Source of the DNA: a virus
Taxonomy: Duplodnaviria > Caudoviricetes
Length of the DNA stretch: 63,714 bases
IMG/VR virus record: IMGVR_UViG_3300030117_005059
Span: 1 to 63,714 of that record
Strand: one strand, 5' to 3'
Each line of letters starts with the position of its first letter. Within the stretch, counting starts at the first letter, position 1. The notes under the pieces are model-generated. The model ran no database searches, had not been told where the DNA came from, and saw only the letters and a program-made list of their open reading frames with translations. Positions 46,411-56,697 of the stretch are shown here, one piece after another. Both the position numbers and the translations under genes were made by a program.

Positions 46411-49400
46411 TCAATCTTCTTCTCTACCGCCGCCGCCGATTTCTGGTTGCTTGACCTTGAAGTCACCACCTACATCAATCTCGCTAACGTCAGGTCTGAA
46501 TTGCACACCAGTTGTAACCTTAGCCATCTCGATCATAGAAAAGAAATCATATGGCCAGTTAAAGTTTCGGTCTCTTTTTGCGTAAGCTTTTGGTCCCCTC
46601 AAAACTGGTGCCTCGCTTTCATCAATAGCGCCCGCATTAAGCAAGCTGTTTTGGATCATCTCCTCATAGCTTTGCACAGATCTTCTCTTAACCTTAAACA
46701 CCATCCATCTGACTCTATCGTCTAGACCTGGGGGTGCCCCTAGAATTTCTGGGTTCTGAATATCAATCAGGTCCCTAAGTCGTCGATCAATTCTACCGAT
46801 TGACTCCGCTGTAAAATCCGAACAGGGGATAGCGTGATCAACACTAAACACTGTTCCAGATGTTTCTTCCGCCAAAGTCTTCACAGAAGCACGAGGCATT
46901 ACGTTGTTCCAAATATCTGTAATGTCTTGTTGATTGAGTTCCATGTTAAATTCAAACAAGTAAATGGCAAAAGGTCTTTTCTCTGTATTCAAACGTGGCT
47001 GTGAGAAATCAAACCCATCTGGGATAATCGGAAATTCTTTGGGAATGAGCACTGACAGATTTCTTTCTAAAGCGGGAGGTAAATTATACAGTGCTAATTT
47101 CTCTCTAAGCTTTGCCACCTGGGGTCCTTCATTTTCTCCTTGTCTTGGAGGAGGTATTGTAATAAACTCAAATTCCTCTCCGTCTGTGTTAATGAACGGA
47201 ATAGCTACAATAGCCTCAGAGATAGTTTTACTCGTGGCAACTTTACCTATTTGAAATCTCTTACCAATGTCTTCTTGTTTAAATCCAGTTAGTGTCCATA
47301 GCGACCCTTTCAAATGTTTAATCCTAGACTTTTCGACAGGATTAATTTTATCAATAAGACGAACACTTTGGTTGTAAATGCTACCAGAGCCATCAACTCG
47401 GAACCTATCAATCGATAATAGATTAGCTATGCTGTGGTTATTAGAAACAATGCCACCAAACTTTGCAATTGATGTTCTGTTATTCTCATCCACACTAAAT
47501 CTATATTCAAAATGGTTTGAAGCTATAGAAAGAGAACCAGTTGACCTAGTATCATCAACACTATCTTTCACATTTCTTTCAAAACCATTAGAAATAATTC
47601 TTCTAATTAATTGCTGCTCGTCAGGATCAACGTTGTTCAGTTCCATAAATACGCCTTCACCCTCGAATGGAAGAATTCCATACTGGTGCCACATTCCATA
47701 TGTGTGTGGCGCTGCACTTAAATTTCTGTCTACCCTATTAAATTCTCCGTTTTTAATTGATGAGGAAAAATTGTAAGACCCTTGTGGTCGCTCCGCAAAC
47801 GGGTGCCCTACCTCATTACTACCTTCATCATCATGCCAAGAGGTATTTGGGAAATCAAGAACTGGGCTTTCCCACCTTGTGCCAATAGCCCAAGAATTTT
47901 GTGGTTCAATGCCAGCGTGTCTATTGTCTAGAACAAGTGTTGCATCAAGATTCATTCTGTTTGCCCAAGCTCGATTCCAACCATACGGTGGAATCACAAC
48001 CGTGCCAGAATGGTCGCAATCGTACTTCCAACTATCTTCGTTAAGAAAATCAATTTTGCACCCCTGAATAATTTGCTTAAGTGTTACACTTGTAGCCTCA
48101 TCTGCTCTTAGTGCGTTCCCTTCAGCATCGACACCTGGGGCGATGTATGTAAACCTAGCCACCGAGGGACCATAATAATATGGTGCGGTGTGAGGGGCAA
48201 ATTCACCATGGTGCTTTGGCCATTGGTCGTGACGTGTTACGCCGTCAGGACCTTTTAATGGGGTATGTGCATTGTGTTTACTAGCAACTGTTTTAACGAA
48301 GGTGTCAAGAGCATCCCACCCGATTGACCCAGTTGCTGTTGCTGGTCCATTAGCTTGAGGATTACTATAGATATTAAAGTTGGGTGTTTGTCGGAGCACA
48401 ACTTCGCCCACATACATAGCACCCGACAAAACAGTTATATTTTGAGGGTCCTCTGGTTTCCCAACCACCATAGTCACACCTTCATTTTCCAAGAAAAAGT
48501 CTGGCACAGAACCCAGGAAATTACCCATTGCACTACGGAAAGGAGTGTCATCTGGTGCTGAGGCATCATCAGAAATACTAGCTGTAACCTTTTGTGCAAA
48601 CGTAGGATTAATATGATAATCTACTAAAGGAGTTTTTGGAGTTATAAATTGTTTTGGGTTTAAAAGAGTCTCAAACGGCAACCTACGACCATAGAAAAAC
48701 GACCTGACTGCTGTAGAATGGTTTCTCTCGGTCGTCGTTGCGGCGGCGGGGTCATCAATAATTACCCTACCAGAAAATTCATCTCGTCCGGCTGGGAAGC
48801 ACCTTGTTCCCGCAGCGATCTGGTAAGGCACAGAACCTGATGGCAACAACAAGCCAACGGACTTAGCCAGCACTCCACCTAAAGGACGCTTATGAGAGCC
48901 TGTAGTCTCAAACCCGGATTGGAGTTGGTCAACTGTCCTAACTGGGTGATCGACTGCCACACCATATCTAATACTATTGTATAGAATCCCTGGGGCAAAC
49001 AGCGGGTCGATAAGTGTTTGATATGCTCTTGGGCGTTCTATTGATATGCCACTACCAACAATTGTAGCATCCTCTCCTGTTAGATCACCAACATAAGATT
49101 GGGAGAATAAAGTTGCAATCTGCAATGTTCTATTTACTGGATAAAAGCCATGGTAAGGTAAAAGCTTTTGCACCGTGTTTGTTTTGATCAAATAATCTGT
49201 TGGTCTACTAAGAGCATCAAGATCATCCAGTAAAAGTTTTTCCCCTTGCTGAAATAAATCAGACAACATAAACCTTGATATAAAGCCATCTTGACCAGAG
49301 GATGATACTGCGGCTCCTGTCAGATTAAACATATTCTCAGAGAAAACAAAATTATCACCCTGCTTTGACTTAACCCTATCAAGGACATGATCGCTGTTTT

Positions 49401-52400
49401 TATATTCCGCAAGAATAGTATAATCCTTGCCAGCATTTTCAACATCTTTCTTAAAGTCACTATAAGTGTTATAAAATGGACCCCTTGGAGACGGTAGTAA
49501 TTTTGGAATATATTTAATACTACTATCTGAATCCGGGGAGTTTAACCTATTGATAGCATCATATCTTCTTCTATAAGCCGTCCAAGAAGGTCTTGTTGTT
49601 GGACCGCCTGGAGAGTATCCAATCATCGCTAGTGGTCCAAAATTATCAGAAGCACCAGGGTTGTTACCAGATAGAAGAACGGAGTGGTTAGAGTCGGCGT
49701 GCTTTTGATGAGTAAATGATAAATGAGCGGAAGTAGCCACAGAGTAAACATACTTTGGCATAATATATCTATCAAAGTCAGAAATAGCCACAGAGGATGA
49801 GTCTGCAACTTTGGCAATAGCTCTGTGTTTGGAAGCGGTGTGATGTGTAAAGTGATGACCTGATCTTGCCAAATCTTTAAATGCAAGAACACTACCAGAG
49901 TATTCAATCGGGTCCCAAGGAACCATCATTAGCTCTCCCGCCGGGAAAGTATGAGCAATTGCCGTGCCTGTTATTCCAAGCCTTCCGAAAGACACAGACC
50001 CTGAACCCTCAGTATCAAGGCAGGCATCTGAAAATTGGAACGAGTCTAATGGCCAAGCCGAACCGCTTCTGCTCACAAAAGTAAGGAATGGACCAAAATT
50101 GCTGTAAATCGACTCATTTTCGGTCATAAATCCTCTGTCAGTCATAAACGGTGTAACTGGTGATTGTTTACGCCTAGTAAGCCCAAAACAATTTCTAGCA
50201 GTTGACATTTCATCTGAGGTGTTTTCACTTAGTTGATTCTTTGGTCTAACAGTGAAAGATGAGGACACAGGGTTTGGATGAAAGCTCCAAAGCTTGTATC
50301 TTGGAGTTTGACGTGTCATTTTTTGTCTAATAGAGTCTTGCCCATTAATCGCAGTCGAGCCACCAATAAGCTGCTGGAGGTGTTCATGAGACGATGACAT
50401 ACCATTAGTCGAGGTTGCCGTATTACCAAGAAACCCATTGAATGGCGTATCTAATATGTGTTCTGGGCTAATTTGGTCATCAGCCCAAGATGGGAATCTA
50501 TAATTTTCTCTTCGCCTTGTACCCGACAGTGCTGAGAACTTGTCCCTTGGGAAAACAACTTCTTCATGTTTATATCTTGTCACAGCATAAATACCATTTA
50601 GATACTGCTGAAACGGTGCGTCTTTTCTTAACCTTGTCATATAGGTGTAAGGCGTCTGGGTGTTTTTACCCCTTTGTAATTTTTTGTCAAGTAAAACATT
50701 AGAAAATCCTTGACGAATATTACCCTCAGAAAAAGTAATTGTTTGCTCAGAAAAAACATTTCTTTGCAAAGCTTGATTGATGTTTGTGTTTAAAGCTGTA
50801 TCTAGCGGATCATTGTTAGCCTCTGCAAAGTTAGCAACAACAATATCCATCTCATCAGGCTTTTGATTAATAGACACAGGCGATTCTGTAAATTCTTCTG
50901 CAACCTCAATCACAGGAGCTTGAGGATCATTGGCTTGGTTTTGCTTTGTAACTAATCGTATTGTGTTCATAAATTTAGATCCACGTCTTTTCCTTGAAAG
51001 TGGATGTAAATCGTATTGCCTCAATTGTGTAAATGGAACAAAAGCACGGATATCAGCAGCCCATTTCCAAATCATTTTATTTTGATCTTGACGTGAGATT
51101 TGGATTGAGGATGATCGATAACTATCTAATTCTGTCTGTGTTGGTGCTTTGCCGGTAGTCCCTGCACCAAGAACATGATTGACATATTTTTCTCGATCCA
51201 TTCGCCAATCACCCGCAGGGACACCTGGGTTTGGTGCATTAAGAGGAACTCCTGGCTTACCACCACCGAATACAAAGGGCAAGCCGCCATCAAACCTTTG
51301 ATCAAAAAGAGAGCCAAAATCAGCATCAGATGGAATTTCATCGCCAGGAGTATCTGTCGATAGTGTTTGAAATCTGCCAAAAACTCCACCCTGAAGGTGA
51401 TCTATTTCAAATACATTGTCATCCTTAGAGGCGTTCAAGCCACTACTAGCTGTATAATAAGTACCTGATATTAAGCTCGGACTTGGAATAGCAATGCCAC
51501 CAGTTGGATACAAACTGCTGTTTCTTACCCAGGTGTCGTACAAAGATTCGCCGGCTGCATATCCACTACCGCCCGCCATATGTGCTGCATCAGCACCGGA
51601 CATGTTCATAAACCAAGCAGTTCTATCCGCCCGTGGGATGGGGTGCGATACAAAAGCGTTATCGTATGATGCGCCCGTAACATAGACAACAGCTTTTGTG
51701 AAAGGATCGCCGTCAATCACTTCTGAGAAGTCTTCTATCTCAGGTGATGATGCAGCGTTAGGTGCGCCGTACTCAAATCGCAACAAACCGTTTCTTTGCA
51801 CTTTGTGTGCAGATGCAAGCAATTCATCAATTGAACCAGCCTGGCTGCCTGTTGTCAAATATTCTAAGTGATCAGGCAAAGATAGCTCGGCTGTTGATAC
51901 GCCACCCGGAAGATTCCTATAGCCCTTACCTTGAACTCTGGTACCTGAAACACTTAGTCCGCCCCAGATGCCTGGAATAAAACCACCAAAGGCTTGGTGT
52001 GTTCTAAGCTGTGAGTTTAAAATATTTCTAACAGAAATGTTTCTGAATGTCAAGGCATTGTTTGCAGAAAATTGTTGTGTTTCTCTATCGAGATATGCAG
52101 GCGTTTGAGTTTCAATACCACCCGGCGAAGAGAACCTTTCTACAAACACACCCTTTGTAACTGTTCTGTTTGGAATCAAAAAGTCAACAATACCAGCAAC
52201 ATATGGTGAGGACGATGCGTTGGAGGTATAGTTAGCTGTATTCTTACGATAATCTAAATTGTTAATTGATCTGTCGCTAGTTTGCACAACTTCATATGTG
52301 TTTTGGAAGTTTCCTACAATAACTGCTGACGCTGTAGTTTTAATGTTTGCAATATTTAAAACTGTCCTGTTACCAACCCCACGAAGGAAGTGACCCTTGG

Positions 52401-55400
52401 GCGTTGATCCGGTAATAACTCTATTGATCGATGCGGTACCATTACCCTTAAGATCTAAGGTAAAACCTTCTCGACGATTAGTAATGTCAACTGTGTGTTC
52501 GGACACCACAGAATCAGATCTAGTTGGTGGAAACATTAGATGATTAAGTTGATTCCTATATTGTCTGCCGCCGACATGTTGCCTGGTAAACGGTCCCTGC
52601 ATTCCGTCTTCAAATCCGTCCATACCATCAGAGTCTTCATGATAACCAGAGAAATCAACCTTTCTAATGCCCGCTGTTGATAAGCTGTGTTGATACCCAG
52701 TTTCCACACTAGAACTCTGAACGGTAAACGGTGTAAACAGTTCACCCTTAACAAGCGATCCGTTCTTCTTAGCTCTAAATGGAACTTTTCTTTTTAGCCC
52801 AACTGGGTGACCATATTCGTCTCTTTGGATTAGGTCGTCTTCGCTCTCGATCGTTTCAAATCGGTCAATTAAGATTTGTTCTGTTGGAGCGGTTCTATCT
52901 TTAGGTTGGAACTGGTTTGAACCTTGACGTATAAATCTGCTTAGTTGCAAACTCGTCTTAGCATAACCTTTATGATCTTCGGTTCTCTTAATAGTTGTAA
53001 AGATTCTAGATCTTGTATTAAGGGTGCCTGATAAATGATCTGAGTTGTTTGGTGTTCTCTCTACGTTCTTATCAATTATTGAAGAAGAAAGAATCCCGGT
53101 GCCACGCTCCGCACGCTTTGCCCACCATTGAGTATTTCTATCTTGGTGCCTACTACCAGCACCGTCGCCCGCCATCTCTGCTGGACCGTCGTTCCTTGAT
53201 CCGGTTCGAGGTGGTGCGTGTGCTAATCGCCAATTGTAAGAACGCTCTTCGATGCCTTGGATCGATGCGATTGGCTCTGGTTCGGTTCTCTTAAGGTGTG
53301 TGTAAGCATATTGATATTTGTTTCTTTCTAGAACATGACTTTCAATAATATTCCGAACTTCCTCTGGCACGCCAGCGGAGGCAGGGAATAGTTGTGTTAA
53401 CATACTACCAATCGCACTGTCAAGCCATTTATAGTAGTCAACATAGGCTTCAACATTTGGGGTGTTTTCAATTCTTCTAAAGAATATCTCTCTTAGTTTC
53501 GATAGATCTTTATAGTCTGCACGGTATTTATTTACGGGCTCACCAATCAAATTATTGAAATCATCGATAGACGCAAAGAAGCTTAACATTTCGTTTGAGA
53601 TCGCATCGTACATGCTCTTTTCGACATTAAAGAAATATCTTGTCGGCACATCGTCTCTTTGAAATTGTACATCATCCGTGGTAAGTACTTGGACAAAATC
53701 TTGCGGATGAAGCTCTTCCGGTAAAGCTAACTTACCAGAGTAAACAAATTCTTTTCTTACAGGTTTATCTTTTACCTTGAAGAAGTCACCACGAGCATTA
53801 TGCTTCTGCAAACTCTGACTTAATGCTGCTAAATATGTTTCTTGATATTCGTTACCCACAGAACCTGAACTAAAGTCAAGCACTCTGAATCTGCCTTCGC
53901 CATCACTACCGGTGACGTTTGCAAAGTCCCAATGTAGTGCTAGTGTTTCGATAGAGGGAACGTAAACACTCGGAGTGCTTTCAAAATTATATTCATTTCT
54001 AAATGGGTGTTTAGTCCCGTAAGAATCAGCATCAATAGCATGTGCATTAATAGTCTCGTTATCAAGGAATGAATTCCAAAAACGAACACTAGCAAATTTA
54101 CTTTCTGCTTTTGTTAGCACTGAGCCAGTAAAGTTTGTTCTGCTAGCCCCAGCATAAACAACCTTATTGGACATTAAAATACTAGAACCTGTGGCGTAGT
54201 TTAATGTTGTGGATGCCGAAAAGTGTGCTTGCTTCTCACCCAATAACATGTTTACGCCATAAAGGTCTAGTGTATACGAAGAGGAGAACTTAGTAGCAGT
54301 TGTACCACTAAGCTCTGTGCCACCAGCACCCTCAGCAAACGGTCTCTTAGCCGGAGCTAGTCGTACTGCAATATTCCATTTTTTATTATCAAATGCGTTC
54401 CGCATAACTGAGGATGACAATAGCACATCACCTGCTCTATTCTTGATAATAAAATAAGCGTCCCTAGAAGCTTGGATCGGAGAAACAACCTCGGAGTAAT
54501 CTGTTGTTGAATGCACCGAATATACCTGCAAACCAAAATCGTTATCTGCATCTGCCCATTTTCTTCCTGTACTCACAGGAGACGAGTCGTCCGGGGTGTG
54601 AAACCCAAACATAGACGCCGTAGCATTAGTCAAAGCTTTGTAGAGTTTTTCTCCTGGCTCTGGTCGGCGAGGTAAAATAAACTCACCCTGTAGTGTTATG
54701 GCTGTATCTTTTATATTTGACCCACTAAGAATACCTACTGATCCAAGAGACCCGGTATTATAGTTTTGGTATACAATGCCTTCCATGTCATCGTATCTTC
54801 TTAGACCAGAAACGTCCACATACTTTTTATCAGATACAGAGCTTAAGTATTGACTCTTAAGTTCGTATGTTTGGTCATTAGCATAAGTCTTAACTTTTAC
54901 AAGTTTTTCATCTACACCAAGAGATCGTATTAAGTTTCTAAAGCTTTTGTGAGTGCCCTTTGACTTGTACAAGTAGACAACATTATTATAGAGGTTTTTA
55001 TAAATTTCATTCTTAACGTCGTAAAGTTTGCTCTCAAAGACTCGCTTGTCATCCTTTTGTAAAACCTGTGCCAGAACACTAGCATTAGCAAACAATTCTG
55101 GAGCTTCAAATCCTAAAGATTCAAGTAGTCTTTCACCATATGGAAACGGCTTGTTGCTACCGCTGGTGTATCCAATATCTTTTACTTTTGACAGCGTGCT
55201 AATTTGTGCATATAAAGTATCAAAATAACTTGATATGATCTGAGTTAGTTGTTTAAGTTGACCACCTGTATTTTCGTCTTGTTCGATAATCCAAGTAGGC
55301 ATAGTAAAAAACAGATTTGATGTGTTGTTTTGATCATGGGCAATACCACCAGACAACAAACTATTCCTTGACCCGGTTAAGATTGGATTAGAAGTTCTGA

Positions 55401-56694
55401 TAATTGGATCGCCAAATTCAACAACAGAAGCAGAGGCTTCCATAATAGCGGAACTAGTTGATCTAGTGCCAACGGAATAACCACTGATGGTGCCGTTATT
55501 AATTCTACCGGAGTAATCAAGAACAACTTTATCAATTTGATTGCTGTCAGTTATTCCTTCATTAAATTTAAAGTATACACCAAGCTTTGACTTTCTGCCT
55601 TTTTGGTTTGAGCCGCCGTCAACATTAGAAAACCAGTTTCTTCCAATATCATCCGACTTCCTAAACTGCTTCCAGTATCTAAACTCATCCAAAGAGGCTG
55701 ATAGTTTACCCATGCCACTTACGATAGAAGTAGATGTGCCAGAGGGATTTGTTCTAAGGGCACCAATATGAGCTATCAACGTACCTGTCACTAAGCCAAT
55801 TCCTTGACCTGTAAGTATTTGTTTACCCTCTGGTTCGCCATTCTTATAGAAGTCAATCTGAGTTCCTGTACTAGAACTAAGAAAAGAGAAAGCATAGTGT
55901 GTAAACTGATTGTCAGCTAAAGATAAGCCACCGGTAAGTGGTACGCCTTGCCTAAACACACCCTTGGTTCCAGACTGATGAGTTACATAAAATCTATCGG
56001 CTGAGCGGCTTAGCTCAATCGTAAATCTACCATACGCTTCGCTGGCACTCGGTTCACCATTCCAGACATCTAATACTACCTCTCTTTGCGAGACAGACCC
56101 AGTAAAGTTCTTTTTCTTAAACCAAAACTCTACCGAAGATCCACTTGGTCCACCGAATGATAAGTTATTAGATTTTAAATCGGATGCTTTAAATACATTC
56201 GCTTTACCGTCTCTAATTTTAGGATTACCTGAACGGTCAAGATTGGGACTAGGGTGTGGACCACCCTTTACAATAATAAAGCTTCCGCCCGTAGCGGTCG
56301 AGTAGCCGCCAATAGCTGAACCAGTGGTGCCATATGAAATACCAAGATTAACAAACCCTGTAGATTTTGGGTACTTAACATCAAAGATATATTTCTCAAA
56401 AGGATTTAAACTATTTTCAAACTTTAATTTTTCTCTGTTACTGCCGTCATAAGGATAAAAGTTTACAACATGAGAAAAAGCATTTCTATAGTACTCCTCG
56501 GCTGATCCAAATTTTGCAAAGTTCTCTGGTCTCGAATAGTCCACCGGGGGGACAAACTCAAGTCTTTTCTTTTCAGCTTCTACAATTTGCTGTGGGTCTT
56601 CTACTTCTCTAGCCAAAGTATTTAAACTGTTGGCTTTCAGTAGCTTACCAGAATTTTTACGATTTTTGTCGTCAAATAACTTTTTGATACTCAT
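46411..56694 (-). CDS. Giant baseplate/tail protein with LamG-like domains
   Basis: 3427 aa; SVEFWFKK, LDEFRYW, YFKFNEG, VLDYSG LamG-type motifs; YLYKSKGT..S.RNLIR wedge-type motif. Confidence 0.75.
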   Translation of the reverse strand: MSIKKLFDDKNRKNSGKLLKANSLNTLAREVEDPQQIVEAEKKRLEFVPPVDYSRPENFAKFGSAEEYYRNAFSHVVNFYPYDGSNREKLKFENSLNPFEKYIFDVKYPKSTGFVNLGISYGTTGSAIGGYSTATGGSFIIVKGGPHPSPNLDRSGNPKIRDGKANVFKASDLKSNNLSFGGPSGSSVEFWFKKKNFTGSVSQREVVLDVWNGEPSASEAYGRFTIELSRSADRFYVTHQSGTKGVFRQGVPLTGGLSLADNQFTHYAFSFLSSSTGTQIDFYKNGEPEGKQILTGQGIGLVTGTLIAHIGALRTNPSGTSTSIVSGMGKLSASLDEFRYWKQFRKSDDIGRNWFSNVDGGSNQKGRKSKLGVYFKFNEGITDSNQIDKVVLDYSGRINNGTISGYSVGTRSTSSAIMEASASVVEFGDPIIRTSNPILTGSRNSLLSGGIAHDQNNTSNLFFTMPTWIIEQDENTGGQLKQLTQIISSYFDTLYAQISTLSKVKDIGYTSGSNKPFPYGERLLESLGFEAPELFANASVLAQVLQKDDKRVFESKLYDVKNEIYKNLYNNVVYLYKSKGTHKSFRNLIRSLGVDEKLVKVKTYANDQTYELKSQYLSSVSDKKYVDVSGLRRYDDMEGIVYQNYNTGSLGSVGILSGSNIKDTAITLQGEFILPRRPEPGEKLYKALTNATASMFGFHTPDDSSPVSTGRKWADADNDFGLQVYSVHSTTDYSEVVSPIQASRDAYFIIKNRAGDVLLSSSVMRNAFDNKKWNIAVRLAPAKRPFAEGAGGTELSGTTATKFSSSYTLDLYGVNMLLGEKQAHFSASTTLNYATGSSILMSNKVVYAGASRTNFTGSVLTKAESKFASVRFWNSFLDNETINAHAIDADSYGTKHPFRNEYNFESTPSVYVPSIETLALHWDFANVTGSDGEGRFRVLDFSSGSVGNEYQETYLAALSQSLQKHNARGDFFKVKDKPVRKEFVYSGKLALPEELHPQDFVQVLTTDDVQFQRDDVPTRYFFNVEKSMYDAISNEMLSFFASIDDFNNLIGEPVNKYRADYKDLSKLREIFFRRIENTPNVEAYVDYYKWLDSAIGSMLTQLFPASAGVPEEVRNIIESHVLERNKYQYAYTHLKRTEPEPIASIQGIEERSYNWRLAHAPPRTGSRNDGPAEMAGDGAGSRHQDRNTQWWAKRAERGTGILSSSIIDKNVERTPNNSDHLSGTLNTRSRIFTTIKRTEDHKGYAKTSLQLSRFIRQGSNQFQPKDRTAPTEQILIDRFETIESEDDLIQRDEYGHPVGLKRKVPFRAKKNGSLVKGELFTPFTVQSSSVETGYQHSLSTAGIRKVDFSGYHEDSDGMDGFEDGMQGPFTRQHVGGRQYRNQLNHLMFPPTRSDSVVSEHTVDITNRREGFTLDLKGNGTASINRVITGSTPKGHFLRGVGNRTVLNIANIKTTASAVIVGNFQNTYEVVQTSDRSINNLDYRKNTANYTSNASSSPYVAGIVDFLIPNRTVTKGVFVERFSSPGGIETQTPAYLDRETQQFSANNALTFRNISVRNILNSQLRTHQAFGGFIPGIWGGLSVSGTRVQGKGYRNLPGGVSTAELSLPDHLEYLTTGSQAGSIDELLASAHKVQRNGLLRFEYGAPNAASSPEIEDFSEVIDGDPFTKAVVYVTGASYDNAFVSHPIPRADRTAWFMNMSGADAAHMAGGSGYAAGESLYDTWVRNSSLYPTGGIAIPSPSLISGTYYTASSGLNASKDDNVFEIDHLQGGVFGRFQTLSTDTPGDEIPSDADFGSLFDQRFDGGLPFVFGGGKPGVPLNAPNPGVPAGDWRMDREKYVNHVLGAGTTGKAPTQTELDSYRSSSIQISRQDQNKMIWKWAADIRAFVPFTQLRQYDLHPLSRKRRGSKFMNTIRLVTKQNQANDPQAPVIEVAEEFTESPVSINQKPDEMDIVVANFAEANNDPLDTALNTNINQALQRNVFSEQTITFSEGNIRQGFSNVLLDKKLQRGKNTQTPYTYMTRLRKDAPFQQYLNGIYAVTRYKHEEVVFPRDKFSALSGTRRRENYRFPSWADDQISPEHILDTPFNGFLGNTATSTNGMSSSHEHLQQLIGGSTAINGQDSIRQKMTRQTPRYKLWSFHPNPVSSSFTVRPKNQLSENTSDEMSTARNCFGLTRRKQSPVTPFMTDRGFMTENESIYSNFGPFLTFVSRSGSAWPLDSFQFSDACLDTEGSGSVSFGRLGITGTAIAHTFPAGELMMVPWDPIEYSGSVLAFKDLARSGHHFTHHTASKHRAIAKVADSSSVAISDFDRYIMPKYVYSVATSAHLSFTHQKHADSNHSVLLSGNNPGASDNFGPLAMIGYSPGGPTTRPSWTAYRRRYDAINRLNSPDSDSSIKYIPKLLPSPRGPFYNTYSDFKKDVENAGKDYTILAEYKNSDHVLDRVKSKQGDNFVFSENMFNLTGAAVSSSGQDGFISRFMLSDLFQQGEKLLLDDLDALSRPTDYLIKTNTVQKLLPYHGFYPVNRTLQIATLFSQSYVGDLTGEDATIVGSGISIERPRAYQTLIDPLFAPGILYNSIRYGVAVDHPVRTVDQLQSGFETTGSHKRPLGGVLAKSVGLLLPSGSVPYQIAAGTRCFPAGRDEFSGRVIIDDPAAATTTERNHSTAVRSFFYGRRLPFETLLNPKQFITPKTPLVDYHINPTFAQKVTASISDDASAPDDTPFRSAMGNFLGSVPDFFLENEGVTMVVGKPEDPQNITVLSGAMYVGEVVLRQTPNFNIYSNPQANGPATATGSIGWDALDTFVKTVASKHNAHTPLKGPDGVTRHDQWPKHHGEFAPHTAPYYYGPSVARFTYIAPGVDAEGNALRADEATSVTLKQIIQGCKIDFLNEDSWKYDCDHSGTVVIPPYGWNRAWANRMNLDATLVLDNRHAGIEPQNSWAIGTRWESPVLDFPNTSWHDDEGSNEVGHPFAERPQGSYNFSSSIKNGEFNRVDRNLSAAPHTYGMWHQYGILPFEGEGVFMELNNVDPDEQQLIRRIISNGFERNVKDSVDDTRSTGSLSIASNHFEYRFSVDENNRTSIAKFGGIVSNNHSIANLLSIDRFRVDGSGSIYNQSVRLIDKINPVEKSRIKHLKGSLWTLTGFKQEDIGKRFQIGKVATSKTISEAIVAIPFINTDGEEFEFITIPPPRQGENEGPQVAKLREKLALYNLPPALERNLSVLIPKEFPIIPDGFDFSQPRLNTEKRPFAIYLFEFNMELNQQDITDIWNNVMPRASVKTLAEETSGTVFSVDHAIPCSDFTAESIGRIDRRLRDLIDIQNPEILGAPPGLDDRVRWMVFKVKRRSVQSYEEMIQNSLLNAGAIDESEAPVLRGPKAYAKRDRNFNWPYDFFSMIEMAKVTTGVQFRPDVSEIDVGGDFKVKQPEIGGGGREED

Positions 56695-56697
56695 TTG

